Part shown: positions 20,501-33,266 of the stretch, in pieces | Numbering within the stretch: the stretch's first letter is position 1 | Layout of the letters: each line of letters opens with the position of its first letter | DNA from: Macrostomum lignano | Lineage: Eukaryota | NCBI GenBank assembly: GCA_002269645.1 | Contig: NIVC01000323.1 | Span: 248,001 to 312,000 of the forward strand | Length of the DNA stretch: 64,000 nucleotides | Direction of reading: 5' to 3' | Notes under the pieces: model-generated | Told to the model about the DNA's origin: nothing | The model's input: only the letters and a program-made list of their open reading frames with translations | The model's database searches: none | Made by a program: the position numbers and the translations under genes

Positions 20501-21019
20501 TTGAAAAGTGTAACACCAAAATGAAATTCGAAATTTTATTTCAAGACTCTGATCAAAACGATCTTTCCGTGAAATGGGCAGTATTATCTTCTTCAGTTGG
20601 TACTTTATGAACAGAAAATGCACAGTTGGCTTTTTCTTTCTTTCTTTGTGACATCTTTTTTTTTCTCAATCTCTGTGCAATGACGGGCTATGCTAAAACT
20701 GAAATCTTTTGCAGATATCGATTCTAAGGGTTTGAGGGGAGTTCGTTCAAAAGGGCCGTGTAATGAGAGGCTGAAGATTCAGGAGAAACGTGCTCAACAT
20801 GATTAAGAAGTCAGATTTTTTTCTAAAGAGGGTCTTCATTGCTAAGTCAAAAAAAATCTTTTGCTTGAAAGAGAATTATTCTGATTATATTATTCTGATA
20901 AATGGAAAAAAGATATTCTAAAAAGATAAAGGAAGGAATTGATGCATGCAGAGGTCAGACTGATGGATGCTGGGTGAGAGTCATAAAACTAGACGAGTGA
21001 CATGCCAATTAAATGGTTG

Positions 21020-21795
21020 AGATTGATGGAGTCAGGTGTGAGACTTTTAGATTAATGGTTGATAGATTAATAGAGTCAGGTGTGAGACTTGTAGATTAAT
21101 GGTTGAGATTGATGGAGTCAGGTGTGAGACTTTTAGATTAAATTAGGAGATTGATAGAGTCAGGTGTGAGACTTGTAGATTATTAGTTGAGATTGGTAGA
21201 GTCAGGTGTGAGACTTGTAGATTATTAGTTGAGACTGATAGAGCCAGGGGTGAGATTAGTAGATTAATGGTTGAGATTGGTAGAGTCAGGTGTGAGACTT
21301 GTAGATTAAAGGAGAAGATTGATAGAGTCAGGTGTGAGACTTGTAGATTATTAGTTGAGATTGGTAGAGTCAGGTGTGAGACTTGTAGATTATTAGTTGA
21401 GATTGGTAGAGTCAGGTGTGAGACTTGTAGATTATTAGTTGAGATTGGTAGAGTCAGGTGTGAGACTTGTAGATTATTAGTTGAGATTGGTAGAGTCAGG
21501 TGTGAGACTTGTAGATTATTAGTTGAGATTGGTAGAGTCAGGTGTGAGACTTGTAGATTATTAGTTGAGATTGGTAGAGTCAGGTGTGAGACTTCTAGAT
21601 TATTAGTTGAGATTGGTAGAGTCAGGTGTGAGACTTCTAGATTATTAGTTGAGATTGGTAGAGTCAGGTGTGAGACTTCTAGATTATTAGTTGAGATTGG
21701 TAGAGTCAGGTGTGAGACTTCTAGATTATTAGTTGAGATTGGTAGAGTCAGGTGTGAGACTTCTAGATTATTAGTTGAGATTAATAGAGTCAGGT
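21020..21795. repeat. 42-bp minisatellite (GAGATTGGTAGAGTCAGGTGTGAGACTTGTAGATTATTAGTT)
   Basis: Tandem units; 14-aa periodicity in spurious ORFs. Confidence 0.95.
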
Positions 21796-22269
21796 GTTTC
21801 AGATACAACTTCATAGGGTGTATAAATATCTAATATTTGACCATAGAAACGCATTACAAAAGTCAACCCTATGCATCAGTTGAAGCACTTTAATCTAACA
21901 ATGGAACTCCCTTGGCTAAGATGAATGCATCTTTCACCGTTCACTGGGGTAGCGGGGAGATGGGATGTCGCAGGTATGACGGCAAATATAATTCAGAAAT
22001 TTTTAGGTCCAATTCCCAAAAGGGAGAAGCCCATGCTCTCAGCAGAGCTTGCCTGAGTCTGTTTTTTTTCTTGTCAAAGCGCCTGGCCTGACTTGGGTGT
22101 AGGGAGAATTGATGGGATGCTGCGCAGGCTGGCAAGAAGGCGTCGGGATCTCGAGGGATGCCCGGGTTTGCCAAGGGAGTTTTGAAAAGTCAAGGCAGCG
22201 TGTTTGCTGAGAGCACAATGGGCTGTTGGATGGGTTAAGGAGAATTAGAGACAATCTGGAGCCAAACTG

Positions 22270-22940
22270 TGCATCCATCAGTCTCATCCCTGCATCCATC
22301 AGTCTCATCCCTGCATCTATCAGTGTTATCCCTGCATCCATCAGTCTCACCCCTGCATCCATCAGTGTCATCCCTGCATCTATCAGTGTTATCCCTGCAT
22401 CCATCAGTGTCATCCCTGCATCTATCAGTGTTATCCCTGCATCTATCAGTGTTATCCCTGCATCCATCAGTGTCATCCCTGCATCTATCAGTGTTATCCC
22501 TGCATCCATCAGTCTTGCCTCTGCGTCTAACAGTCTCGCCCCTGCGTCCATCAGTCTTGCCTCTGCGTCTATCAGTCTCATCCCTGCATCTAATAGTCTC
22601 AAACCTGCATTGGTTAGTCTCACAACTAATCTATCAGTCTCAACCCTGCATCTATCAATCTCAACCCTACATCTATCAATCTCAATCCTGCATCTATCAA
22701 TCTCAACCCTGCATCTATCAATCTCAACCCTGCATCTATCAATCTCAACCCTACATCTACCAGTCTCAACCTTGCATCTATCAGTCTCACCACTGCGTCT
22801 ATCAGTCTCAACCCTGCATCTATCAATCTTAACCCTTCATCTATCAATCTCAACCCTACATCTATCAATCTCAACCCTGCATCTACCAGTCTCACCCCTG
22901 AATCTATCAGTCTCACCACTGCGTCTATCAGTCTCACCTT
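22270..22940. repeat. 21-bp minisatellite (CATCCATCAGTCTCATCCCTG / CATCTATCAATCTCAACCCTG)
   Basis: Tandem units drifting in sequence along the array. Confidence 0.93.
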
Positions 22941-23294
22941 AGAATCTATAATCTCACTCTTTTATCAATGAATTAGGAATTTCTTAGAAATAAGGGTTTA
23001 ACTTTTCGACATTTCTGCGACTTCCCCTTTGCTTTCTTCCCAGATGTCTAGCTTTAGAGTTTCCATGATTTGAGGAAAGACTCACAGAGATTGGATTGGT
23101 TTGCAGCAGCCAATGGTGGCCCTTCAGAAGTGTTTATCAGGCACACCACCCACACACAGCCATTTTCTTTTTTTTAATGTATCGAGTACTTCTGCGCCCT
23201 CAGAAACCAGCAAACATGAGCTGATTAGTTAGTGAGAATTTCAGCTGTAGTTATAGTTCTGCTTCTTATAAAAGAAGGCAGAAAGCCGGAAAAA

Positions 23295-23613
23295 ATGCTT
23301 GCTTGTTCGTATCGCTCTTTGACTCTGCTGTTGCTGCTCCTGCTGACTGCTCTGCTGACCAAGTCGGCACAGACAACGTCTGACAGACAATTGAAGTTCT
23401 CAGTTCTGCTGCCAAGGGCTCGGCACAATGTGTCCCACATGAGTTTGGAGCAGGTGCTGCCTGTGGTCGATATCGCCATCGAGACAGTGACAACCTTGGA
23501 CTTACTTCACGGCCACTCTGTCAGTCTCATTGCCAACGACAGCAAATGCGACTATTCTGTGGCACCGGTGCTTGGAGTGCTGCTTCTGCAGCAGAAGATT
23601 GACCTCATGCTGG
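23295..23613 (+). CDS. Receptor guanylyl cyclase variable cassette B, exon B1 (signal peptide + ANF-receptor N-terminus)
   Basis: MLACSYRSLTLLLLLLLTALL signal; FSVLLP, VLPVVDIAIE, DSKC, IDLMLG; ends CTG G|gtgagt (phase 1). Confidence 0.88.
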
Positions 23614-23714
23614 GTGAGTAACTTTCTGTTGTTGCTGATTATGATTTATTAAATTGTTGTTGCGGTTGTGCAGACTGTCTTTCTTGGGACTCTTTTTGCC
23701 TTCCAACACTCGTC

Positions 23715-24170
23715 TCCGCCCCCTCGTTTCCGCCCCTGGTTTTTGCCCCCCTGCTTTCCACCCCTGGTTTCTGCCCACATGGTTTCCGCCCCATTGTTTC
23801 TGCCCCTGATTCCCGCCTTCTGGTTCCCGCCCTCTGGTTTCCGCCCCCTGGTTTCCGCCCCCTGGTTTCTGCCCCCATGGTTTCCGCCCCCTGGTTTCCG
23901 CCCCCTGGTTTCCGCCCCCTGGTTTCCGCCCCCTGGTTTCTGCCCCCATGGTTTCCGCCCCATTGTTTCTGCCCCTGATTCCCGCCTTCTGGTTCCCGCC
24001 CCCTGGTTTCCGCCCCCTGGTTCCCGCCCCCTGGTTTCCGCCCCCTTGTTTTCCCCCTAATTACAACCCCCTCGTTTCCGCCCCCTAGTTTCCGCCCCTG
24101 GTTTCCAAACCCTCGTTTCCGCCCCCTTGTTTCCCCCTAGTTTCCACCCCCTGGTTTCCACCCTCTGGTT
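23715..24170. repeat. 14-bp minisatellite (TTTCCGCCCCCTGG)
   Basis: Tandem units in intron B1. Confidence 0.9.
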
Positions 24171-24769
24171 TCTCAAGAGTTTGAAACATTCGATACCAGA
24201 GAGGACCCCCAGCTGCAAAAGAAACCCAGCTAGGTATCTGATCTTCCTTCATCTTCCCTCAAGAGGGAATCAGATTTAAAACATCTAGGAAGAGATATGG
24301 AAGACAGACTACGCTGACTACGGGAGCGCAGCATCCTTCATCTTCATCCCCGAAGCTGGATCCCGCCGCCCCCCTCCTCGCAGAAAACCGCAATATCCGC
24401 CTCTCGGCTTCCCAATTAATGCTTATCCTATTGGGGATCAAAGTTCCCCCTAGTGGCAATACTAAAAGCTTATATACGCAAATACATAATGCCGCATCAG
24501 ATTGGTGAAGCTGGGTTGCCAACCGGGCTGGGGCGTCAATCTTTCATTAATAATGAAGTACCGAATGGTTTGACTGCGGCTTGACTTTCAGACTGAAAGG
24601 CATTTTGGCTCTCCCTCCCTCCTCCATCCTTCCTCTGATCAGCCCTGCATGAAGTACTGTCTGGCCTCTCTGCCGTGCCGCAAGTCCACCACGCTGTGGA
24701 CTCTTCAAGCATTTTCAGCATCCTATCAGACCTCTATTTTGTCTTCTATTCCACGCTCTACTCCACCCT

Positions 24770-25087
24770 CTATTCCGCCCTCTATTCCGCCCTCCATTTC
24801 CGCTTTCCATTTCTGCCCTCCATTTCTGCCCTCCATTTCCGCCCTCCATTTCCGCCCTCTACAAAGTATTTCCGCCCCCATTTCCGCCCTCCGTTTCCGC
24901 CCTCAATTTCCGCCCCCCATTTCCGCTCTATATTTCCGCCCTCCATTTCCGCCCTCCATTTCCGCCCTCCATTTCCGCCCTCCATTTCCGCCCTCCATTT
25001 CCGCCCTCCATTTCCGCCTCCTATTTCCGCCCTCCATTTCCGCCCTCCAATTCCGCCCTCTATTCCGCCCTATACATTCCGCCCCCA
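24770..25087. repeat. 13-bp minisatellite (TTTCCGCCCTCCA) abutting the B2 acceptor
   Basis: Tandem units ending at ccgcccccag. Confidence 0.9.
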
Positions 25088-25088
25088 G

Positions 25089-25511
25089 GCCCGTACTGCT
25101 CGTTCGCCCTGGCAGCGGTGGCTCGCTACAACCGGATGCCGCACTACCGACGGCCGATACTCACCACCGGCGGGGTGGCCAGCGCACTTCGCGACAAAGC
25201 CGAATATTTCAATCTGATCCGAGTCGGCCCCAGTTTCGACGGCGTGGAGAAGATGCTCTACCTGGTGTTCCAGAGGTTCAACTGGAAGCCGAGGGACGTG
25301 CAGACAATCCTGTTCATCGAGCTGCCCGACGAGGACGTGAAAGAGAAGCGCACCAGAGATGAGATCGGGGTCACCCAGAGTCGAATCTTGTGTCACGGAA
25401 TTGAGAAGCACTTCGTCCAGGAGAAGTACATTGTGCGCAGGCTGCAATACGAGATGCACAATGCCCAGTTTAAAAGCGAAATCTTTCGAGTCATGCGCGA
25501 TGAGATTCGGC
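25089..25511 (+). CDS. Receptor guanylyl cyclase variable cassette B, exon B2
   Basis: G+GC gives GPYCSFALAAVARY..RPILTTGG..LRDKAEYFNLIRVGP..FNW; ends CGG C|gtaaga (phase 1). Confidence 0.88.
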
Positions 25512-25559
25512 GTAAGACAGCTTGAGGTGTCAGCATTCCTGGCTGCAGTGAGCAGAGAG

Positions 25560-27290
25560 AAAGATATCCACACCTTCAGATGGAGAGATTCCACACCTTC
25601 AGATGGAGAGAGATTCCCCACCTTCAGATTGAGAGAGATTCCACACCTTCAGATGGAGAGATTCCACACCTTTAGATGGAGAGATTCCACACCTTCAGAT
25701 GGAGAGATTCAGCATTTTCAGATGGAGAGATTCCACACCTTCAGATGAAGAGATTCCCCACCTTCAGATTGAGAGAGATTCCACACATTCAGATGGAGAG
25801 ATTCCACACCTTCAGATGGAGAGATTCCACACCTTCAGATGGAGAGATTCAGCATTTTCAGATGGAGAGATTCCACACCTTCAGATGAAGAGATTCCCCA
25901 CCTTCAGATTGAGAGAGATTCCACACATTCAGATGGAGAGATTCCACACCTTCAGATGGAGAGATTCCACACCTTCAGATGGAGAGATTCCACACCTTCA
26001 GATGGAGAGATTTCACACCTTCAGATGGAGTGATTCAGCATTTTCAGATGGAGAGATTCCCCACCTTCAGATTGAGAGAGATTCCACACATTCAGATGGA
26101 GAGATTCCACACCTTCAGATGGAGAGAGATTCCCCACCTTCAGATGGAGAGATTCCCCACCTTCAGATTGAGAGAGATTCCACACATTCAGATGGAGAGA
26201 TTCCACACCTTCAGATGGAGAGATTCCACACCTTCAGATGGAGAGATTCAGCATTTTCAGATGGAGAGATTCCACACCTTCAGATGAAGAGATTCCCCAC
26301 CTTCAGATTGAGAGAGATTCCACACATTCAGATGGAGAGATTCCACACCTTCAGATGGAGAGATTCCACACCTTCAGATGGAGAGATTCCACACCTTCAG
26401 ATGGAGAGATTTCACACCTTCAGATGGAGTGATTCAGCATTTTCAGATGGAGAGATTCCCCACCTTCAGATTGAGAGAGATTCCACACATTCAGATGGAG
26501 AGATTCCACACCTTCAGATTGAGAGAGATTCCCCACCTTTAGATGGAGAGATTCCACACCTTCAGATGGAGTGATTCAGCATTTTCAGATGGAGAGATTT
26601 CCCACCTTCAGATGGAGAGATTCCACACCTTCAGATGGAGAGATTCCACACCTTCAGATGGAGAGATTCCACACCTTCAGTTGGAGAGATTCCACACCTT
26701 CAGATGGAGAGATTCCACACCTTTAGATGGAAAGATTCCACACCTTCAGATGGAGAGATTCCACACATTCAGATGGAGAGATTCCACACCTTCAGATGGA
26801 GAGATTCCACACCTTCAGTTGGAGAGATATCCCCACCTTCAGATTGAGAGAGATTCCACATCTTTAGATGGAGAGATTCCACACATTTAGATGGAGAGAT
26901 TCCACACCTTTAGATGGAGAGATTCCACACCTTTAGATGGAGAGATTCCACACCTTCAGATGGAGTGATTCAGCATTTTCAGATGGAGAGATTCCACACC
27001 TTCAGATGGAGAGATTTCCCACCTTCAGATTGAGAGAGATTTCACACATTCAGATGGAGAGATTCCACACCTTTAGATGGAGAGATTCCACACCTTCAGA
27101 TGGAGTGATTCAGCATTTTCAGATGAAGAGATTCCCCACCTTCAGATTGAGAGAGATTTCACACCTTCGGGTTGAGAGATTCCACACCTTCAGACTGAGA
27201 GATTCCACACCTTCAGATGGAGAGATTCCCACCTTGAGATGGAGAGATTTCACACCTTCAGATTGAGAGATTCCACACCTTCAGATTGAG
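25560..27290. repeat. 23-bp minisatellite (GGAGAGATTCCACACCTTCAGAT) with higher-order blocks
   Basis: Tandem units; the CAGCATTTT variant recurs at a 140-bp spacing. Confidence 0.96.
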
Positions 27291-27714
27291 AGAATTTCAA
27301 AAAATCAAAAATTCTCAACGAATAAAATATTTTTATGCATAGAAAATGCTGGAAAACAGACAAGCCAATAACCAAATGTTTTTGAAAGTACACGAAGCTA
27401 TTTATAAGGCTACATACTCTAAAGTCGAGATCGGCCTGTGTATCACTAAGCACAGCATAAGTGCTGATGGATATGTAACTGGTGTGTGTTATCGATCAGC
27501 TTTCAGTCGGCAGGAGTGAAGCCTTCATTAGCGGCAAGCAAGTTAGGCTGAACTGGTTACCTGAGCGATTGAGGCGGTGAAACTTTGGTGAAGGACAGAG
27601 CAGATGAGAGAGCTGAAAATAAAGGAGTGCTTTTTAGTTTGGCGATTGGTTTTTATTTGCTTTCTGTGTCCCCATAGGGTGCAAAAAATATTTTGACGGG
27701 ATTTGGTGGGTAGG

Positions 27715-28330
27715 GTGAGATTTGGAGAGGTAGGTAGAGTAAGACTTGGAGAAGTAGGGTTAGCTTTGGAGAGGTAGAGTGAGATTTGGAGAGGTACATG
27801 TAGGTGGAGATTTAGAGAGGTAGGGTGAGAATCGGAGTGGTAGAGTGAGATTTGGAGAGTTAGAGTGAGATATGGAGAGGTAGGGTAAGATTTGGAGCGG
27901 CAGGGTGAGATTTGGAGAAATAGAGTGAGATTCGGAGATATCAGGTGAGATTTGGCGAAGTAGCGTGAGATTTGGAGAGGTACATGTTAAGTGAGATTGG
28001 GAGAGTTGGGTGAGATTTGGAGTAGTAGAGTGAGATTTGGAGAGTAGAGTGAGGTTTGGAGAGGCAGGGTAAGATTCGGATAGGCAGGGTGAGATTTATA
28101 GAGCAGGGTCATAGTGAGATTTGGAGTGCAGTGTGACATTTGGAATTTATAGTATATAGGATTGGATAGGCAGGATGAGATTTGGAGATGTAGAGTGAGA
28201 TTTGGAGAGGCAGGATGAGATTTGGAGATGTAGAGTAAGGTTTGGAGAGGCAGGATGAGATTTGGAGATGTAGAGTAAGGTTTGGAGAGGCAGGATGAGA
28301 TTTGGAGATGTAGAGTGAGATTTTGAGAGG
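27715..28330. repeat. Degenerate 21-bp minisatellite (GTGAGATTTGGAGAGGTAGAG)
   Basis: Tandem degenerate units sharing the GAGTGAGATTTG core with 18425-19150. Confidence 0.85.
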
Positions 28331-28869
28331 CATAGTGAGGCATAATGCGGTAGTAATAGGAGAGATAGGCGATACAGGCGAGAGAAGGAAAGTACAATAG
28401 GACGCAGGTTCTCAAAGACAAAATAAACTAATGCAAATTAGATAGAGAGCCTCCCATGTTTTGTTGGCTTTGGTTCTCAATTAATTTCTGGCCAAAGCAA
28501 ACACTCTGTTCCATCCATATTTTTATGATTCACTTCGCTAAGAAGGTGTGGCTGCCGGTCTGAGGGCGAGGCGAGGGCGAGGGGGCGTTAGAACGTGAAT
28601 TGGGAGTTAATTATTTTTCACGCGTATTTTTCCACTCGCACTCAGTTCCACTCAGTTCCATCTCTAGGCTGGCGACTTGAGCACTCGGGGAGCTGGATAA
28701 GGGTGACTCCATTATTTCTTATTTAGTGATTTTTCCCCGGCTAGCCCAGAGGTAAAATTAAAACTCGACGCATTGGAGTTGCAGTGCAGTGAAGGGGTAA
28801 CTACGAGTATATTGGGGAATTGGCAGATATTTTGGGAAGTCTAGCTTGCAATGTTGTAGTCTAGTTAGT

Positions 28870-29610
28870 TGTCTGTCTTAGTGTCTGTCCTAGTGTCCGT
28901 CTCAGTGTCCGTCTCAGTGTGTGTCTTAGTGTGTATCTTAGTGTCTGCCTTAGTGTCTGTTTTGGTGTCTGTCTCGGTGTTTGTCTCAGTGTCGGTCTCA
29001 GTATCTGTCTCAATGTCTGTCTTAGTGTCTGTCTCAGTATCTGTCTCAATGTCTGTCTTAGTGTCTGTCTCAGTGTTTGTCTTAGTGTCTGTCTCAGTGT
29101 CTGTCTCAGTGTCTGTCTCAGAGTCTGTCTCAGTGTCTGTCTCAATGTCTGTCTCAGTGTCTGTCTCAGTGTCTGTCTTAGTGTCTGTCTCAGTGTCTGT
29201 CTTAGTGTCTGTCTCAGGGTCTGTCTCAGTGTCTGTCTCAGTGTCTGTCTCAGTGTCTGTCTCAGTGTCTGTCTCAGTGTCTGTCTCGGTGTTTGTCTCA
29301 GTGTCGGTCTCAGTATCTGTCTCAATGTCTGTCTTAGTGTCCGTCTCAGTGTTTGTCTTAGTGTCTGTCTCAGTGTCTGTCTCAGTGTCTGTCTCAGTGT
29401 CTGTCTCAGTGTCTGTCTCAGTGTCTGTCTCGGTGTTTGTCTCAGTGTCGGTCTCAGTATCTGTCTCAATGTCTGTCTTAGTGTCCGTCTCAGTGTTTGT
29501 CTTAGTGTCTGTCTCAGTGTCTGTCTTAGTGTCTGCCTCAGTGTCTGTCTCAGTGTCTGTCTCAGTGTCTGTCTCAGGGTCTGTCTCAGTGTCTGTCTCA
29601 GTGTCTGTCT
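28870..29610. repeat. 12-bp minisatellite (GTGTCTGTCTCA)
   Basis: Tandem units. Confidence 0.95.
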
Positions 29611-32140
29611 TAGAGTCCGCTTCGGGGCGCCCGAACTCGCCGCCCAAATATTTACTCCAGTGTTCAGCGGAAGCTGCAGCAGTCCTCAAAGTCCATTCCC
29701 AGCTATCGCCCTTACAAGCCGTAACTTCAAAAGAAGAAGAAGCACTTCTCAAACGCTCCCATTGGAATGATTCGATCTCCTGCCGAGCTCAAATAATAAG
29801 CTCATAATTGGTGCGGCGCCGAACCAGGCAAAGCTAAACTCGGTCTCCTTGCTCAGACTCCGGGAATAGAGGCCCTTACCGAGTGGAGCTGATCTATCCG
29901 ATATAGTAGTCCAGCCTCCGTGATGGAGTTTCACTCTCTGGACACAGCACCGGGTTCGGGCACCGAGACAAATTGGGGGCCGGTCCGCCGGCTCGGGCAA
30001 ACACTGGAGGACGAGAGGCAGAGAAATCCCTGGGGGTAGAGCTAGGGCAGCTCCACCCAGCTCGGCAACTCCGTCATGCAGTGACGGCAGCAACCGATGT
30101 GACAGAAAAAAAACAATAATACGTGACTCTCATATCTACTCACTGACTGTCAGCCCGGCTAGTTGACTTTCCTAGGCCCAATGAGAGATATCTTTGGAAA
30201 AGTATATTTTTATGCAAATTAATCTCTCGAAAATCCCACCGGCAGAGCGTCTAATTGAATCAGTTCGTTTGGGATTTTTTAATTCCCGGAAAAAGCGCGG
30301 GTCAACGATAGCGAGATGGCCGAGCAGTTTAGGGATCTTTTGGGTCAGAGTGAGGAGAGATGAAGAGAGTTCACGACTGGCTGCATCCAAGCCCCGATGA
30401 CATTCGGTCAGCGACTTCCACGAGTCTCGTAGAAATATTAATTGGGTTCTTTCAGAGTGTAGGAACTCAAGCCATCCAAAATTTATGAGCCTCTTGAAGG
30501 CGGTGCAAGAACTCGTCCGAACTATATTTTTAATCTGAAATCGGAATTCCATTTGCAAAGGGAAGAGAATTTCTGCAATTTTCGCCCACGCACTCAAATT
30601 CTGCATAGATTAGGCTTTATTCTCTTCAGGCTCAAATTCTTAAGCTGAGGCCGTCATGTTTACCTTTCGTGCCTTTCTCTGTATGTCAGGCCAGCATCTT
30701 TATAGGCATCCTCCATGCTTATTCTGCATCGTTTGCAATTAAATCGGGTTCTAAAGGCGAAAAACTACAGAAAAACTTGATACTATAAACACCGTGGCGC
30801 AATGGCCTTAGCGAAATCGTCCCACACTATGTCGTTATCCGTCATGTAATGTAAAACTTACATCGTTACTGTACGGGTTTACTCTAACAGCTGCAATTTT
30901 TAGAACTGGTCAGTTGAGTCAGACCAACGCTACACTTATTTCAAAAGAAACGAGACTTATCTAGAAAACTGTCTTCCGGCGCTTCCCCAATGTTATGATG
31001 CCGATTCGCGCTGTGTACGAGTATAGACAAGGACTTAACGAGTATCGTACCGGTTTTATGCCTTCCGGGCACAAGCAGGGGTCACCATGGCTTAGCCACT
31101 TTTTATGGCGATGGCGGTAAGGAAGGAAGACGGAGTTTTTAACAGCTCTACATGCAGTACATGTGCAGAGAGCTGATTTGGCTAGTAAAATCGGTATTGG
31201 CCGGGTTTGCAGCCGTGCGCGCTCCAGATAAAGTTCTGCATTTGCTGTTGTCCGCACGGCAAGGCCAATGCATTGACCATTTTGCCGTCCACTTTTAGGA
31301 TGTCCCCACGTCCTCTGTCACTAGCTCTCCACTGGTGTTGGCATGAATAATTTGTGCTTTAACTGCTGCAATGAGCTGCTCAGACTGCTTGCACTGCAGC
31401 TCAGTTGGGTTTAAAAAATGCAACCATCATGCCCACTGCCAGATGGTAATTTAATTGCCCCGACAGTCTGTGTGTGCCCTTAGCTACTACAGCGAATTTC
31501 CATTCGATATTCAAAAATTCTACGTCTCACTAAGTGCTCATAGTTTGCATAGCTGGTGATATACGACTGGGCTGACTGACTGACTGACTGGCTGTGTTGA
31601 TTCGTGCTGCACCATCAGTGGGTGAATATTGAGCATAGTACCTCTACTTGTAGTGTGAAGGCTAAGCTACCAAGCTGACATCGAGATAAGAACTCGAGTT
31701 CGGACCAATGCTTATTCAAAAGTACAAAGTCTGCATCAAAATTTACAACTTTATCATTCGATGCACTTTAAACTACGTAGGCTTTAAATTTGTGCAAGTT
31801 CCGGAAAAGGCTGCATTTCACTGAATTAGGATTGCCTCACCTTCTCAAGTTTGTGTGATTTAGTCCACGGTTGATTGCACTTTTGGTTCTTAAGCAAAGT
31901 TTCTGCGAAATGTCACCTGTTCCAGTCTCTCTTTTGTGTACTTTTTTGTAGCCCGAATTCGTCTATTTTTCGTAAATAATTTATTATTTTGAAACAATTT
32001 TCTCACGACAAATTTAAGGGTCAACAAAAGGAAAAACAAATTATTATCTCACTTTGTAATTATGACGTTTCTTTCAAAGTCGAACATCGTAATAACACAC
32101 TTACCGTCTCTACTGTATTTCTCTCCCCCCAACCCTTCAG

Positions 32141-32252
32141 TCGTGGTTCTCTGCGCGGACCCGGACACTGTTCGCGAGATCATGATCAAAGCTCAAGAGC
32201 TGGGCTTCATCAATGGAGAGTACGTTTTCTTTAACATCGACTTGTTCAGCAG
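32141..32252 (+). CDS. Receptor guanylyl cyclase constant exon C1
   Basis: cccttcag acceptor, phase 1; VVLCADPDTVREIMIKAQELGFINGEYVFFNIDLFS; ends AG|gtgagt. Confidence 0.93.
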
Positions 32253-33082
32253 GTGAGTATGGCAGTGGTATTTTTATCAATCATAATAAAAGCCTTTTGT
32301 CTGCTTTGCTTCTTCTGCCTTAGCGCTCCCAAGTCCCGCATTGCATTAGACTTACTCTGACTCCCTCCACGCCTCTGAGCTCCACAGCCTCACCTTCGGC
32401 CTCAGAGGGCCCGGGGAAACCTAATCCCCCCACCCCTATGTGAGGGCGAGCAGAAAACTTCTGTTTTCCTTCGTTGCCAGCCTCAGTGCCTCCCCGTCTC
32501 CTGTGTGCGACTGTCTCTCCGTCTGTTCATTCCCAGCATCTGTGCTTCATCAGCATGCAATTATTCGCCTTTCTCTCCATCGTTACACAGGAGCCTTCTA
32601 ATGCATGTTATATACAGAGTTTAGTAATCCGATTGGTTCAATACGCGAACTTGATTTCATGCGTCTGCCTTGCTGCATGCCTGTTTCATTCTCACGATGC
32701 GCACTAGCCCGTATGAATGGTGACAGGTTTCTATGCAAATATGGATCGAAGTTCAATAATTTAGTAGCTTGAGTTGCTACAGCAAAGTAAACATAGACTT
32801 GTATGGTCTCACACTTGCTTAGACCTTATTTTTGAAGCAGTATCAGTATCAGGGTTTACAGGTGCACTTCGAGGTTTATCTTCAAGTTGGTTAATTGTGC
32901 AACAAGAAAACTAGTTAGGGCTGGGCGAGCAGGTTAAACAAAAGAGCTCTCCAAAAGACTACTCAGTTTTGTCTAACAGCATACAGCATAAGAGAAAATT
33001 CACAATGTGCAAAATAGCTAGATCAGCTGAGCAAGATATTGAAAAAGATGAATACCCGGTAGAATCGTTCTGCTAAGCACAA

Positions 33083-33122
33083 AAGACCTGAAGATGCACC
33101 TCAGAGGATGAAACGCGTCGAA
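33083..33122 (+). ncRNA. Degenerate minimal hammerhead motif (Penelope-like remnant)
   Basis: CUGAAGA..ccu(cag)agg..GAAA-CGCGUC with palindromic ACGCGU; stems I and II imperfect. Confidence 0.45.
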
Positions 33123-33266
33123 GCATTTACCATCGATTTTTACTTTTTAAGAGACCTTCATCATGCTGCACACCTGTAACTAAAACTGAGCACGTACTAT
33201 ATAAACAATATTGTATTGAAGCAAGAGCCAACGATATCATTTGCCTTAACCTTGTCTTCTATCCAG

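Noticed and set aside
29640-30610. Third GC cassette or a nested gene in the B2-C1 intron
   Set aside because: GC-richer patches and a 144-aa minus ORF, but no ANF-receptor motifs, signal peptide or consistent splice phases
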